The translations under genes and the position numbers were made by a program. Of a stretch of DNA of 64,000 bases, positions 1 to 13,900 are shown in pieces. Positions within the stretch are counted from its first letter, which is position 1, and each line of letters starts with the position of its first letter. Below the pieces are notes generated by a model that saw only the letters and a program-made list of their open reading frames with translations, had not been told where the DNA came from and did not search any database. The DNA is from the human T2T-CHM13v2.0 reference genome, Homo sapiens, in NCBI RefSeq assembly GCF_009914755.1, contig NC_060929.1. One strand, 5' to 3'.

Positions 1-80
1 ATGATTTGGACTCAGTGGTCCTGAATTGGGGGTCAGGAATCTACTTTGTTAACAAATGTCCCAGGCAGTCCTGAAACTAT
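1..80. mobile_element. MER5-like hAT-Charlie DNA transposon fragment
   Basis: gactcagtggtcctgaattgggggtcaggaatctactttgttaacaa resembles the MER5 internal consensus. Confidence 0.4.
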
Positions 81-99
81 CCTTAAGAAACAAAACGCC

Positions 100-395
100 G
101 GCAGGGCGCGGTGGCTCACGCCTGTAATCCCAACACTTTGGGAGGCCGAGGCGGGCGGATCACGAGGTCAGGAGATCGAGACCATCCTGGCTAACACGGT
201 GAAACCCCGTCTTTACTAAAAATACAAAAAATTGTCCGGGTGTGGTGACGGGCGCCTGTAGTCCCAGCTACTCGGGAGCCTGAGGCAGGAGAATGGCGTG
301 AACCCGGGGGGCGGAGCTTGCAGTGATCCAAGATTGCACCGCTGCGTTCCAGCAGGGGCGACAGAGCGAGAAAAAAAAAACAAAACAAAACAAAA
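100..395 (+). mobile_element. AluY with A/CAAAA tail
   Basis: AluY-diagnostic gagatcgagaccatcctggctaacacggtg and gaatggcgtgaaccc...gagcttgcagtga. Target-site duplication (TSD) aagaaacaaaacgcc (85-99) and aaaaaacaaaatgcc (396-410). Confidence 0.95.
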
Positions 396-1461
396 AAAAA
401 ACAAAATGCCAGTCTCGTCCTTTCTCTTCCTTGCCCCTTGTGGTTGTTTGCCCCGCTTCCTGCCTCTTCCCTTGTCTTTGCTACTCTTGAGCTCACCTGG
501 CCTCTCTTCTGCTTCAGGTCCACAGTTGGTTTAGTTCTGTTAATAATCCTGTGTTAATTCCAGTCTCTACCTTGCCTTCGCCCCTGCTACATCTTGGCTA
601 ATCTCCTGTGGACATTTCCAATCTCCTCCCTTATCACCTCTCCCACCTCCCCAGATATAGATAGATGATAGATGTACATATTAAAGAACTACTAACAGAC
701 AGCAAAATGAACTCCCATGACTTCCATCTTTCTGTATTTCAGAACTCCGCCTGGCTAAGCATAAGGAGGCAGCCAAAAGGGCAGAAAACACTGCGTGTAA
801 ACTGCTGTGTGTAATTAGCTCCTAAGTAATCAGGGTGTACTTCCAGAGGAAGTGGCCCACTGGAAGGTGTTTGGCAGTGTACAAAGGGCCTGGGTTCTAG
901 CTCTCACTGGGTGTGAGCTATGTGACCACCTGCAGCACACCTTAAGTCCCTAAGCTCTTAGCAGTGCTGCATCCAGCGACACTGGCCTTTCCACTTCTCC
1001 TGCCAGCCCCTTCAGTGCAGTCCTATATCATATGGAGAACCCATATGTTCCTTGCATGACATTTGTGATTTGCAGTCTGTTAATTTTCCATATGCCAGCT
1101 TTATCTGCTAATTTGCTGATCTTTTTCCCTCCTCGGCTTCCCATTGCTGCTGTTGATGGAAGTCATCCGAGCATGTAGCCTGTTTTCTGTTCTTTCTCAC
1201 ACCCGGAGAGCTCACCTGTTCTTCTTGTTTCAGTTGCTCCCCAAAAGCGATGCTCTCAGATTCAGTATCCCGCACTGATCTGTCTTAAATCTTATATCGT
1301 TAGTTGTGAACATCTCCATCTGAAAGTCCTGACATTGTTTCAAACTGAGTTCACTAACTGCTGGCACTCACATCTCCCCTAATCTTTATCCTTATCTTTA
1401 ATTTATGGTGCTCTCTTAGTCCTTTTTAACCTGTGAACCCAACATTTTAGAGTTACTCTAA

Positions 1462-1467
<6 letters not shown>

Positions 1468-1496
<29 letters not shown>
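1468..1496. repeat. Poly(T) run, 29 nt
   Basis: Read directly from the sequence. Confidence 0.95.
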
Positions 1497-1499
<3 letters not shown>

Positions 1500-1724
1500 A
1501 TGCTGTATTCTTCTTTTATTTCATGTGTGCAAATTTAAATTTATGAAGTCAATCATTAGTGCCACAACTATAGCCTGACAATTTAAAATTTGGTTCACTT
1601 TTATAGTAAACAACATCTCAATCTAATGTTTAGACATTTAGCTGATTGTTAAACATTAGCTAAAATGGATCTTTTCCTGAAACAGTGTTGCCAGGTTTTA
1701 AAATATTAATAGACATTATGTTGT

Positions 1725-1965
1725 ACACTTTTGAATTAACATAAAAATTGAAGGACGTTAGTGCAGAAAGTTCTCATATCCCTTCCCCACTAGTTTTTTT
1801 TCTTTTAATCACATCTTCCATTGGTGTGGTACATTTGTTACAATGACTGAACCAATACTGATGCATTACTATGAAGTAAAGTCCAGCGTTTACATTATGG
1901 TTCACCCTGGTGTTGTACGGTCTATGGATTTTGACAAACTCATAATGTCATTTATCACCATGTAA
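1725..1965 (-). mobile_element. Old L1M (L1MC-like) 3' end fragment
   Basis: ggtacatttgttacaatgactgaaccaatactgatgcattactatgaagtaaagtcca is typical of L1MC 3' UTR. Confidence 0.7.
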
Positions 1966-2054
1966 AAGCTTTTTCTAAATGTTTATATTCCCAGCAGCCA
2001 AGAATGCCTAGCATACATAGAGCATTTAAAAATTCTCTTTATCTGATTGCAATA

Positions 2055-2310
2055 ACGAGAGCTAACATACTTAAGCTGAGACTATCTGCCAGGCACTCTG
2101 CTAAGAGCTTTGCAGGGGTTATTTTAATTTATTCTCACAATGACACAATAAGGTAAAGACTACTGTACTCATTTTTCAGATGAAGAGCCTTGTTAGATGT
2201 AGGCACTGAGAGCCTTTTTTAGATGAAGGCAGGTAAGTAACTTGCCCAAGGCCGTATGTAGTAAAGGCAGGATTTCCATGTAGGTGTTGTGGACTGTAGA
2301 GTTCTTGCCC
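2055..2310 (-). mobile_element. MIR SINE
   Basis: tgccaggcactctgctaagagc...catttttcagatgaag...aagtaacttgcccaagg is the reverse of the MIR core. Confidence 0.75.
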
Positions 2311-3439
2311 TTCACCGGTCTGCTCTTTGCTTTCTGCCCCTTCTCACTATCTGGCCTGTACTCCCATTAAATTACAGGGCCTCAGCCTCTGCCACAGGCC
2401 TCTTTATTCAGCTGACCCTGGCCTCTGGACCCGGAGGTGAGCTTTCTTTTCTAGGTGGACACTGCACTGGTTTTTCAGACAGAGCAGTTATAGCTTCACA
2501 GAGACCCCATGGCTCAGGCCCTTGACATGGTTAGCCTACCTTGTGTTCCAGGGCCATGGGCTTCATATTTATTATCCTAGAAAGTTTAAACTCAGCATTC
2601 AGAGAAACACATTTATGGAGAACCTACCATGCATGAGGCATCGTACAGGTCACAAGGATGGAAAATACCAACTCTGGCTTTCAAAGATAGTAAAGTAGTA
2701 GAGGATCATGAGTAACTCCAGTTGGGAGCAGTGTGCAAAAAGTGCTTTTGAGGTGCACAGAGGAGGCAGAGGTGACTTCCCGCCAGAAAGATTAGGGAAG
2801 GAGGGAGAGTTTGACCTGGAGAACATAGATGGCTAATTCATGGAGTCAAGGATCTGAAGGAAAGATGCCCCTGGGAGAGGGTCAGCCTTTCATTGGTGGG
2901 GCTCCACTGTCTTTCCAAGCCCAGGTCTGCTTCCTCTGTCAGCTCCTTCATGCAAACTAATAGAAGCACTTCTGTTTCTTTACCAATGTCTCGCTAATTT
3001 TCACTGCTGTGATTTTGCCTGTGCTATTTATTTACCCACAAGACTCTCTTCTTATTCTGGTCAACCCATCTCTTTTACTATTTTAGAGTCACATCTCCCA
3101 AGAATTCCTTCCAGGCTAATCCCAGGTCTTCACCACCCTTTCCACACTCACTTTCCTTCCAGCATCCCCTTGAGACTTGTTGAGGTTTTGCTTTCTCTCC
3201 CGATATTACTTGTAGCCTCAGTCAGTTTGGTAAGCTTATTTGGGAAATAGTTCTGCTAAAAAATTAATTTTTTTAAATGTAGAATTCAACATTGACTGGA
3301 GGTCCTTCATTTTTGTATGCTAAATTTGATCATTCAGGTTTAAGATTAAGGTAACAGTTGAGGACAGACACCTGATAGAAAAATGAATGACTCTTGTGAC
3401 TGGGGAGGCCAGGGTGCTGAAAGCCTGGTGTTTTCAGAG

Positions 3440-3760
3440 GAGCATGGTGGGAAATAAGGTTATGGTAGTTGGGGTCAGATAAATTAGACTGTGGGAAAGA
3501 CTTCATTTTATTCCAAGTGAAATAGATTTTGAGTGGCAGTAGTAGCATGAGCTGACTTATGTTTTCAAAGGACCACTCTGGATGCTTGGTGGAGAACAGT
3601 CTGTAGTGGAACAGGGGTGGATGTTGTTAGGAGACACTCAGAGGACAGGACGTGGCTGGAGAAATAAATTAGGAGTTGTAAGTGCATAGCTGTTGTTTAC
3701 ATCCAGAAGACTGCTTGAGGTCTGCTTGGGTGAGGGTATGCAGAGCTTTGACTAGAGGAG
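3440..3760 (-). mobile_element. L2 LINE fragment
   Basis: tgacttatgttttcaaaggaccactctggatgcttggtggagaacag resembles L2. Confidence 0.55.
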
Positions 3761-6586
3761 GTGTAAGACATCTGTAGTTCTGTAAACCTGTGTGAGTCAG
3801 ATCTGCAAGTCAAATGTGGGCTAATTACCATGTAGCAGGTGTAGTTGTGGATGCCTCATCTCATTCCCCTCCCCTGACAATAAAGGGAAGAGCCTTACGT
3901 TTGCCTTCATGGTTGCTGTGACTCAGTAGTGTAGTGACGTTGGAATGATGCTGCCACTCCTAAATGTGTTGCATCTGTGAACCATGGGGCCTTTATACTT
4001 CCCAACTGAGGCCATACCAGAATCCTTCTCCAAGGAAAGGGATGCCTAATCTTACATACCTAAATGTTGTACTGAAAATCTCTTTTACCTCCTCTACTCA
4101 TAGTGAGCCATGCTAGCCACACATGGGTGCAGATACACATGGGCACACGTTCACACGCACACACTGTTATCAAAATTTTTGCAGTATTTTTCCTCACTTT
4201 AATTATGTTTTATCATTACAAGGGCTGAAAATATTTATAAAATGGAATTTTGAAAGTGTAGAAAAATATTTTAAAAAGAAAAAAACAAGAAAAACAAATT
4301 TGGTGTAATTCTTATTGCAGTTAGTATTTTCTTTAAATTCATAGATGAAAGCATGCTGCTTGTCCTCATCATAAAACCATGATAAGATTTCCCCATATTG
4401 AAAATCTTTGTGAACATAATTTCTATTGACTCCATACTCTTAATATGATTGAATCCAATTGCTCAACATTTGTGTTGGTTCTTTCCTCCTCCCTCTTCTC
4501 TTCCCTTTCTCCCTTTCTTTCTTCTCTCCTCCTTTCCCTGATCCCTCTCTCCTCATTTTGAAAATATTACTAATCATTTGTTATCCTGAGCATATTGGAT
4601 CATGCTTGCCAAAATACCTGCAGGAAAAGACACAGAGGAACTCCCTCTATACTAACAACAATAATAGTAGGAATAACAGTGATCATTTTTGTTGATCACT
4701 TTTTAATTTACAAGAGATTTCATCACAACTGGCTGACTGTTTTGTTGCTGTGCCCTCTCAAATGCAGGGAGTGCTCCGTGCTGCCTGGTGTGAGTGAGAT
4801 AGGGAAGCTGTGGATCCCGGAGGCTGCTTGCTCAGTTCCTCTGAAGGTCGGGTGGAGCTGGCTCTTTTGACCCACATGCTCCAGGGGAGCTTTCCATCTG
4901 TCCAAATGTTAGCCTGGAACTAAACGCCTCCACACAGTGATGAAATCCCTAACAAATGTAGTGACAACACTGAACATAAGGCCTTAATTTTTTTCAAATT
5001 GCTTGCATTTACAGTTAATTCAGTTTGAATTATAAGTCACCTCCATGTGAATGACTCATGCACTCATTATTAGGAGCTTTGCATTCTAAAATGTACAAAA
5101 CAGAGAGGAGCTGGTTTGCAAACTCGGCATCACCAAGGTAATATTAAACTAGTTTCAAACTAAGAAAGTGGTTTCCTGTCATTGCACATCTTGTATTCCA
5201 GATCCAGAGTTATCAAAGAAAACCGTCATATCTTTTAAGAACACCTTTGGATCACTGTATACAGTAGTTATTGGAGGGGATATGTATGGAAATCAAACTC
5301 AATTATGTAGCATAAGTGAAAAAAAAAATTATTTTTCTGTTACAAGACAATTTGCTTTAGGCCAGTTGAAAACCTTTTCCAAGTCCAGACCTGTTGGGAC
5401 CTAGAGGGACGGTCAGGCTAGGCTTTGTAAGTTGTGATGGAAGTGAAAAAATGACTTCAAAAGCAAATAATTTTAACACTGTATAATAGACTGGGGAGAA
5501 ATAGTAAGGAAATGCCCAGAAAACAACCATATAAATAGATAATTGCTGAAATATTTGGATAATTTCAAGAAAAAGTGCAGGCTAAATTTTTGGACAGTGA
5601 AATCAGCTTTCCATAATAACTCTGTCTCCCAGCCAGTAATTTCCTTGTTCTCCCTAATTTACTTCACTTCTCTGTAGCTGGAAAATTCCTTTGTTTTGTA
5701 CCCTAATAAGCTGGCTCTGCAGCCACTAAGTTCTATTGTGAGATTTTGTCTTGCCTCCTGCTTTTATGCACATAACTGGTCCCTGCCAGGGAGCTCTGGA
5801 GCCCCCAAATAGCTTTAAGCTTTCTAATGACTTTTCCCAGGGGTCCTCCAGGACTGCCCGGCAACCCAACAGTTCATTTAAATTTGGACCCAAGTCCAGA
5901 GTAACTCTAGGGTTATGTAATTTTAACAGTTTTAGAGCTCCTAGTAAGGGGGTAGGGGTGGGGCCTGGGGAAAAAGGCAATAAACATACCCATACCCAGG
6001 TTATCTCTACTAGGGAGCTTATGGCTAAAGTAGTCACAACTCGGATTGTCCTGCCCTAGAAGGCAGTGGGTCATTTGAGGTACCTTTGGTTTTTGGCATT
6101 TTTTTTTCCTCTGGCCAAGGCAGTGGCTTCTACTTCCGAAAACTCTGTTTAGTGGCCTGGCATGATGGAAATTTTCATAATCTTGACTGGATCACAGCAA
6201 GTTTGTGTCTGAAAAGTTTAAAAATGGGGACACATGAGAAAGGACTAGATAACCAGCAGGAAGGAAGATGGGTTTCTTTTTGGTGTCCCCATCACCTTTC
6301 CTGTTTGGTTAGAGTCACTGATGGATTTTCCTCAGATTCGTCCTGCTGGTGTAAGAACTCTAAAGCTAAAGTTCTGTTTAATCTTGCCAAAGTTGCCAGA
6401 GCAAAGAGCAGCCACGGAGTGTGTCACGTTGGGATGAATGTGAAGGCCTAAACAGCATTTGCTCATTTGCTTTGCATGTGCAGTGACTATCATACCAAGA
6501 GCTGGACCAGAAATTGTGGATTATGTAAAGTGCTAATGGGCGCAGTTCCGATTTTGGAGGAGCTTACAATGTGATAGGGGTGAGCC

Positions 6587-7140
6587 ATTCATTCAATTAT
6601 TCAACATATATTTGATAAGCTTCTCAATGTGCCAGGCACTTTAAAGGGTTGTCTGAAGATAGCATTGTCTTAGAAAGACACAGTCCATGACTAGATGGAG
6701 CTTACAGTCTGTGAGGGAGACATTGGATACCTGAGGAAGATGTTTAAGTGAACCTGGGCACCTGATTTTGAAAATCCAGAGGGATAACTGAGGAGATGAA
6801 TGAAGAGCCAGTTGGGGAGGTGAGTCAACTCAAGCCTCCTCTGGATGTTAGTTTGCAATCAGGTTTTTCAGGATTAGTGTATGTGGAATAGTAATCATGA
6901 AGAGAGATGGAATTCAAGTTGGGATAAATGGCAAATGCAAAAGCCCAGAGGAGGAATGAGCAAGTTGTTTTGTTTAGAAGGTTGACTTGGAGTGTGGCTG
7001 TCTCTCAATAGGCTGATATTAAGAAATAAGGCTGATAAATTGGAGTCGCATCAGTGAACTTCTTGAAAACTAGGTAGAGAGTTGCGGTTTGAGATGCAAA
7101 TAGGAAACTACAACATAATCTTTAGGAGGAAAACTTGAGG
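6587..7140 (-). mobile_element. L2 LINE 3' fragment (degraded)
   Basis: cattcattcaattattcaacatatatttgataagc...gtgccaggcac...atggagcttacagtct is the reverse of the L2 3' end. Confidence 0.6.
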
Positions 7141-9894
7141 AGGGCAGCTTGCAAATGAAGAGAACATGGGTTTGACTCAACAAGTAAGGTAAAACTAGGT
7201 TTTGCAAGTTTCACCACCATCCAAGCTCTCCCCTTCATTTGGGCTGATAAAGATTACGATAAGTCTGGGGACATCCCTGAACCCTTGTGAATTTCAATGA
7301 CCAAAGCACAGACTGTCTTACACATGAGCTGTCAGTCAGGGTGCACAGCACTTTTAGGGCACTTGAGTGTTGTAATGTCTTACATTTGGTAGCATTCTAA
7401 GTAGAAGGACAAGAAGTAGAGAGCAAACAAGTATGGGTAGAATGGTGCTGGAATGGGGAAGAGGAGTCTAAGGCAGCAATTTTCTGCCCTAGAATTTTTT
7501 TTCTTTTCTTTCCTTTTCTGATGGTGATTGTGGTAACATCACGCACAGGCACAGGTATATGACCTTCTGTTGGAACAAAAGAGGAGTGTCTTAGGTTTTG
7601 AGACAAATGAATGCATCTTGCTAGATTTGGGAGCTAAGTATCTTGGCTCTTATGCATCCTTCCACAAATGGCACTGAGTTGTGTTCAAAAATGGAGGAAA
7701 CAAACAAAAAACAAAGAAGACCCCACCTGTGTAGGGGCTTGGAGTTCAAAGATAGGGGTGATGGTGTTCATATGATAGTAGCAGAAAAAGTTGAATAATG
7801 CACTGGAGTGACTGATGTGTAGTAGGTAGCATTAACTGTTACTATCTCCTACCCACAAATAAACAAACAAGAAAAAAACTAGCCTAAACCGACATCCAAA
7901 CTAATAAGAAAACTAAGGAATGCAAATGTTTAAATGAGTAGAGATTAGAGTAGGGAAAAAACAAGATGAGAGATTTAAAAAAATGAAACAAGAACAAAAT
8001 GAGTGATAAGGGTTAGGACTTGAGAAGAGGACGTGGGCAAAATGATGACAGTTTCTGAGAAGGTGAGGAAAGAAGTGAAGGGAGAGACAGGTCCTGAAAG
8101 CCGCTGGTGCTCAGGCGCCCACTGCAGGAAGGGCTTACAGTCCTGCCACCTTCAGGGCGGCTCTGTGGCTTCCTCAGCTGCAACATCTACACTCCTGCTA
8201 CAGTGACCAGAAACTTCTGCCGGTGATGCCTGGCCCTGCCCCCTCTTGGAATTAGAGGAATGCATCTGTTTGTGGGCTGGAGATTAGAGCCCAGGGTCGG
8301 GGACTATGAGGAAAGCTGTCTTTTTGGGTGGCCTCACAAGACATGCTTCAGACCCTAAGCTGATACATCTAAACTTCCTTCTCTGATAATCTATAATTTT
8401 CTGTTTTTAGAACTACATTGTCAGCGGTGTCAGAGAGACCCTTCTCAGATGATTCAGCCATTTAAAACCAGCAGTAATATCTTTTGTTTGGAAATTAAGC
8501 AACAGAAAGGAATTCAAACAGTCAAGCTAAGTAGACGCATTTTTTAAATGAAAATACATGAGTGGTTATACTACCAAGTTAAGTCAAGTCAGTTTTATTC
8601 CAGAGCTTTAAACAAGGTTAAAAAATTATATTTTAATTTATTTGCATTTTTTAACTTAAAATTTTTTCATTCCATTAAAAAAAGTTTAAGGTTTTTCCCT
8701 CGTCCTCTCTCCTAGAATGCTTAATATACATTAGGTATCTTACAAAGAGTTATTGGTTGATTTTGAATATTTTTTATTCTGTTAAGGGTATTTATTTATC
8801 CTCAGTTAACTTCTTTCCAAAAAGATTTAAAGTGGGTCTTAGAAAGCCGAAGTTTAGAGATGGATAAATGTTTTGAGAAGATGAAAATGGAAAATTTTAA
8901 AGAGGAACAAATGTGCATAATTTAAAAATATTCTAGATGCTGTTTTGAAGCCGTCCTGTGTTATGTCCAAACAGTGTTGTTTTGATGCAGTTACCTGGTG
9001 TCATTCTCCTCTAGGAATTCTGCTGTTTGGTTGTTGAGTGGAAATGGTGTGATCATGATGTGATGTTTGTCCTATCCTCTGGAGGCAGCGTCACACAGTG
9101 GACAGGGTGAGAGGTGTGGAGTTGAGCAGTTCAGTGGGGTGGTGGGGGTAGCTGGGATTTTATTTTTTAATATAAAATTAAGGGCTTTTCCTTTATTAAA
9201 CAAGTAAATGATGTTCATTACCAAAAATTCAAAAATTACAGGAAAAAATTTTAAATTCTCACAGCTCACCATCCGGAGGCAAACTCTAAAATTTTAAATG
9301 TATTTTTCCTTAGAAATTTTTACATATGCCTATGGGCATGTAGTATGCTGAATAGACTTTTAACTTTAAATTATTATCTAAACATGCCCTAGTGTAATTT
9401 GTATTCTTTGTTACCATTATATTTAAAATATTGTCCGTTAAATGGACAAGTCAGAATTTGCTTAACTGTTTCCTTACTGTTAAACCCTTAGCATCTAGGT
9501 TAATAGATTTTCATTATTTTAGTGAGCATATTTGGACATGTTAGTTAATCTTTTGGAGCCGTAGGTTTGGCTTCTGTATATTGGGAATTATCTCTCTTAC
9601 AGAGTTATTGGCAGAAATGAATAAGGTAATAAATGATAAATAGTGGGTACTTATTAAATGTGGGACCTTTTTCCTTATGTTTGGGCTTAATATTGTTGTT
9701 TTAAAGATCTGTGAGTTGATGTTTATAAATGTTAACTCACTGATGTTTTTAAAATGAAAATTACAAAAATGTAAAATTTCTTACTTTGTGCAAAAGAGCA
9801 GGGTCCTGAAAAGTTGCTTTAGGTCCAGTTTTGCACACTTAAAACGGAGTATCTTTAAACCACTTGGCTCCCAAGCCACCAAGAAGCTTTTTTT

Positions 9895-10520
9895 ACCTAT
9901 GTTTTTATAGAAATTTCAAACATGCCCCAAAGTACAGAGAAATAAATAGTGAATAAGTTCTCTTGCACCGGCAACTTATTTTGAATATTTTTTTCTTTCT
10001 ATTCTTGTTTTCTCTGTTTGCTCCAACTTTTCTTTTTTTGCTTCATTTTTTGTGTTGTTTTTTCTTTTTGTTTTGTTTTGCTTTTTTGAGACAGGGTCTC
10101 ACTCCGTCACCCAGACAGGAGTGCAGTGGTGCAATCATAGCTCACTGCAGCCTCAAACTCCTGGGCTCAAGTGATCCTCCCACCTTGGCCTCCCCAAATG
10201 TTGGGATTACAGGTGTGAGCCACACACCAAGCCTGTTTTCTTGTTGGACTATGTAAATGTAAATCCCAGTCACCTTAACATTTCACCTATAAATATTTTA
10301 ATATCTGTCTTTAAAAGACACAGATTAAAAAACCACCACATAACCACAATCCCATCCTCACACCTGATAATATTAACAATAACTTCTTAATGTTGTCTAA
10401 GTTCCATGTCTCTTCCTTCCCCCCCAAATATTTTTTATAGTTAGTTTGTTTCAATAACAATAAAAACAAAGTCTTCACATTGTTGAAAAATCTCTTGCAT
10501 CTCTTTTAATATGTAACAGT
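9895..10520 (-). mobile_element. L1MC4/5-like 3' fragment interrupted by an Alu monomer
   Basis: aaatcccag...catttcacctataaatatt...cataaccacaatcccatcctcacacctgataatattaacaataacttcttaat matches the L1MC 3' end as I recall it. Confidence 0.6.
10082..10233 (-). mobile_element. Alu monomer (FRAM/AluJ-type)
   Basis: About 150 nt running gagacagggtctcactc...catagctcactgcagcctcaaactcctgggctcaagtgatcctccc...gtgagccac, preceded by a degenerate T-rich tail. Confidence 0.9.
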
Positions 10521-10568
10521 TTAGTTGGGGAGTTTTTTAGTTTTTTTTTTTTTTTTAAGAATTCCTGA

Positions 10569-10995
<427 letters not shown>

Positions 10996-13900
10996 TACAA
11001 AGGAGTAAATTTAAGATACCTTTAAAATGAGTGTTTTAGTAAAGTAGTCAACCTTTTGAAATATAATTACCATCTAGTTCCCTAGTTTATTTATCTTGTG
11101 AATGTAAACATTTTATTTATTGGATTTCTCTGAAGCGGGACTAACTTCTTCTTTGGGTGATGACTGAGATGATTTATGGCTTCTTTCTCTGATTGCTTCT
11201 TTTGTTCCTGGTGATCATTTCTCGTTATAGGTGTTTTTCTGCTTTCTCTTGAGTACTCTCTACTTAAATCCCTCAATGTGTTTGCATCATATTTGTAGTT
11301 ATCGATCTTTTCATTGCAATTTTTTTATTACATAGGATAATTGCTACAGAAAACTGGGAAGAGGTTAAGCAGTAAGAAGAAAATAAAAATTACCTATAAT
11401 GTCTCTAGTTGGAGGTAATAACTTGGTATTTTCACTGTATTTAATTCTAGTTTTTTTCTTGTGGCAATAAACCTTTAAAAAAAAAGTTTAAAATCCGACT
11501 ACAAGAATTTTGGTAATGTTTAAAACATAGTATATTGTAAAATGTTTTAAATTATGAAACATTCTTTACTACGAGTTTAATGATTGCCTAGTATCCCAGC
11601 ATATGGATATGGCCTAATTTTGGATATTTGACTTGCTTAAATTTTTCCCCTGGAATGGAAATCCTTATTTGAATCCTTATAGATTCTTATAGATTCTTTT
11701 GGCATATCTATGACTATTTTATTGGTATAAATTTTTTATGTTTCTGGGTTAAAATACTTATATATTTTAAAAGCTTTTAATTTTGCCTAATTTACCCTCA
11801 GAAAGGTTATATCAGTTTACACTCCCCTGATAGGGTGAGAGTATTTGCTTCTCTGATTCCTTGTCTATATTCGCTACTTTTTCTATTATAAACCATTTGT
11901 ATATCTTTTCCTCTTTCATATTAGTGGCTTTTAACAGATGACCTGATTATATGCTTTCCAGGCACATCACACCTAAGGATCCAGTATTTGGCCCTTTTGA
12001 CTCTTGAGTGTTTGGAAAACACCTTTTGGAGGTCTGGGAAGCCACCTGTAGTCAGTTCAAAGCTTTTGGCTCTCATTCCAGAGATTAAGGATGTGTAGAA
12101 CCATGTGGCTGGCTATTGAGATTTTTCATGTAGTCGGTTACTTTTACATACTGCATTGCCACAGAGATCATGAAATGCCCTGGTTCTGGAAGTGGCTGCA
12201 TTTCATTGGTAGGCTTTAAAATAAATCCAAAACAAATAAACTTTCTCAATTGTCTTTGGGATCCTTGGAATCCACGTTTGCAAAAAAAATATTTTACAAT
12301 TGGTTGTTTTATTTTCATTTCTATTGCCTTTCGTTCTCTTCCCACATTTATACTGATGCTTTAAATAGGCATGATTTCTCGTTCCTCCCATGCAAACTCT
12401 TAATGCCACTCTGATAACATTGGAAACTTTAGGCCCATTTGATACAAACCCTTAGATGTACTTCTGATTTCTTATCTGGCTTTTCTGGCTGCCTCAGTCC
12501 TGTCTCTTGTATCAGATGAGAGTTCTATGGGCTCTCGTTAGAGGGCAACTGAAAGAGAAATAACATGGAGAAGAAAAGGAGAAAGCTGAGGTATGGGTGG
12601 AGAAAGGGAGAGCTGGGGTATTTGAATATTCTGAAAAACTGGAGAATCCATGGTTTAGAGTAGGTGACATTCCTTAAACGATACTCATTAGAGTGACATG
12701 AGCAAGGGCAGGGAAGACAGGGTTCCTGCCAAACTTTGACCTGGTCCAGGTCAGGCCAACCTTAGAGACTGACTTGCCAGATTGAATGGCTGCTCCTTCT
12801 GTGTTGAAGGCAAGTTGGGTTGGGCATCCTTATTTTGTGCTGCCGTTGTCCTGCAGCACAGCAATCATACCATAATTCTCTGCATATATGACTGTTTATG
12901 TAGCACAACAGGAAGAGCCAATCTGGTGGTATTCTAAATATTTATTTCATTGTAGATGTCCAGCAGGATAATTCAGACGCCCTAAGTCCACTTTAGACAC
13001 TCGCATTTGTAGAATGAATGTTGCCAAATTTCAGTTTACTTTTGTGCTGATCAGACACACTTCATATAGTGCTTTAAAAGACCTCGAAGTGTTTTTATGG
13101 AACAGACAGACACGGGAAGTTTGGTTCTAAAGGGCTAAGACAAAAATATTATTGCTCCATTGGTAAATGTATTTACCCAAATCTGTTATTTCAGACAATA
13201 GCCCAACTTAGCACTGGCATTAAATGGAATAAATCTGTTCTTTTACTGATACGGTGTCTAATTTAGAAACTTTGCTGTTTTTGGCAATCACACTGCCTTG
13301 ATTTAGGTGGGACAGGGATCAGGGATTAAAATGGCTCTTCCCAAGAGGAAAGTAGACAAGTTTGACAGCACTGAAAACCCAAGACATTGCTGCATCCGGA
13401 AAATTTATGGTTAAGACTGGAGAAGTCTGGAAAGTTGGACGGCTCTGTCATTTATTAATTTATTGGCCTATGTAAGATGTTTTTATTTTAGAAGACTGAT
13501 CTACGACCTCTGAAAGGATATGTTTTCAAACTCTGTATTTTTTTTCTACGTGTAAAATAAAGATATTCTACATACAATTTTCTAAAAGAAAAAAAAAGTA
13601 AAACAAAGTGGGAAAAAAGGTCCATGATATTGCATCCAGATCTGTGAAAAACTTTTCCTTTTTCTCTATTCACGTTTTGTGTATTCTGAAGGTTTGATGC
13701 CAGAATTTCATCATTACCCTGGAGACTGACTGCAGGCAACTTACAACATTTTTTTTTTTTTTTGAATCTTGTGTTGCGTTTTTCTGAAAACCCTCCTAGT
13801 ACCTTGCTCAATTTGTATAATTACATACCGCACCCCCTCCCCCCCACCCGCCGGCCCCGCCACACACACACATGAGTGGCAAAAAAGCCACAGTGCATAG

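Noticed and set aside
191-534. ORFs of 62-110 aa over the first Alu (likewise 9963, 10580-10915, 15573-16130, 61696)
   Set aside because: They are translations of Alu sequence ([17 protein letters not shown]), not genes.
5726-6451. Overlapping 102/103-aa antisense ORFs and a 121-aa ORF
   Set aside because: Mostly non-ATG starts, no recognisable domain and no splice context. The lengths are compatible with chance.
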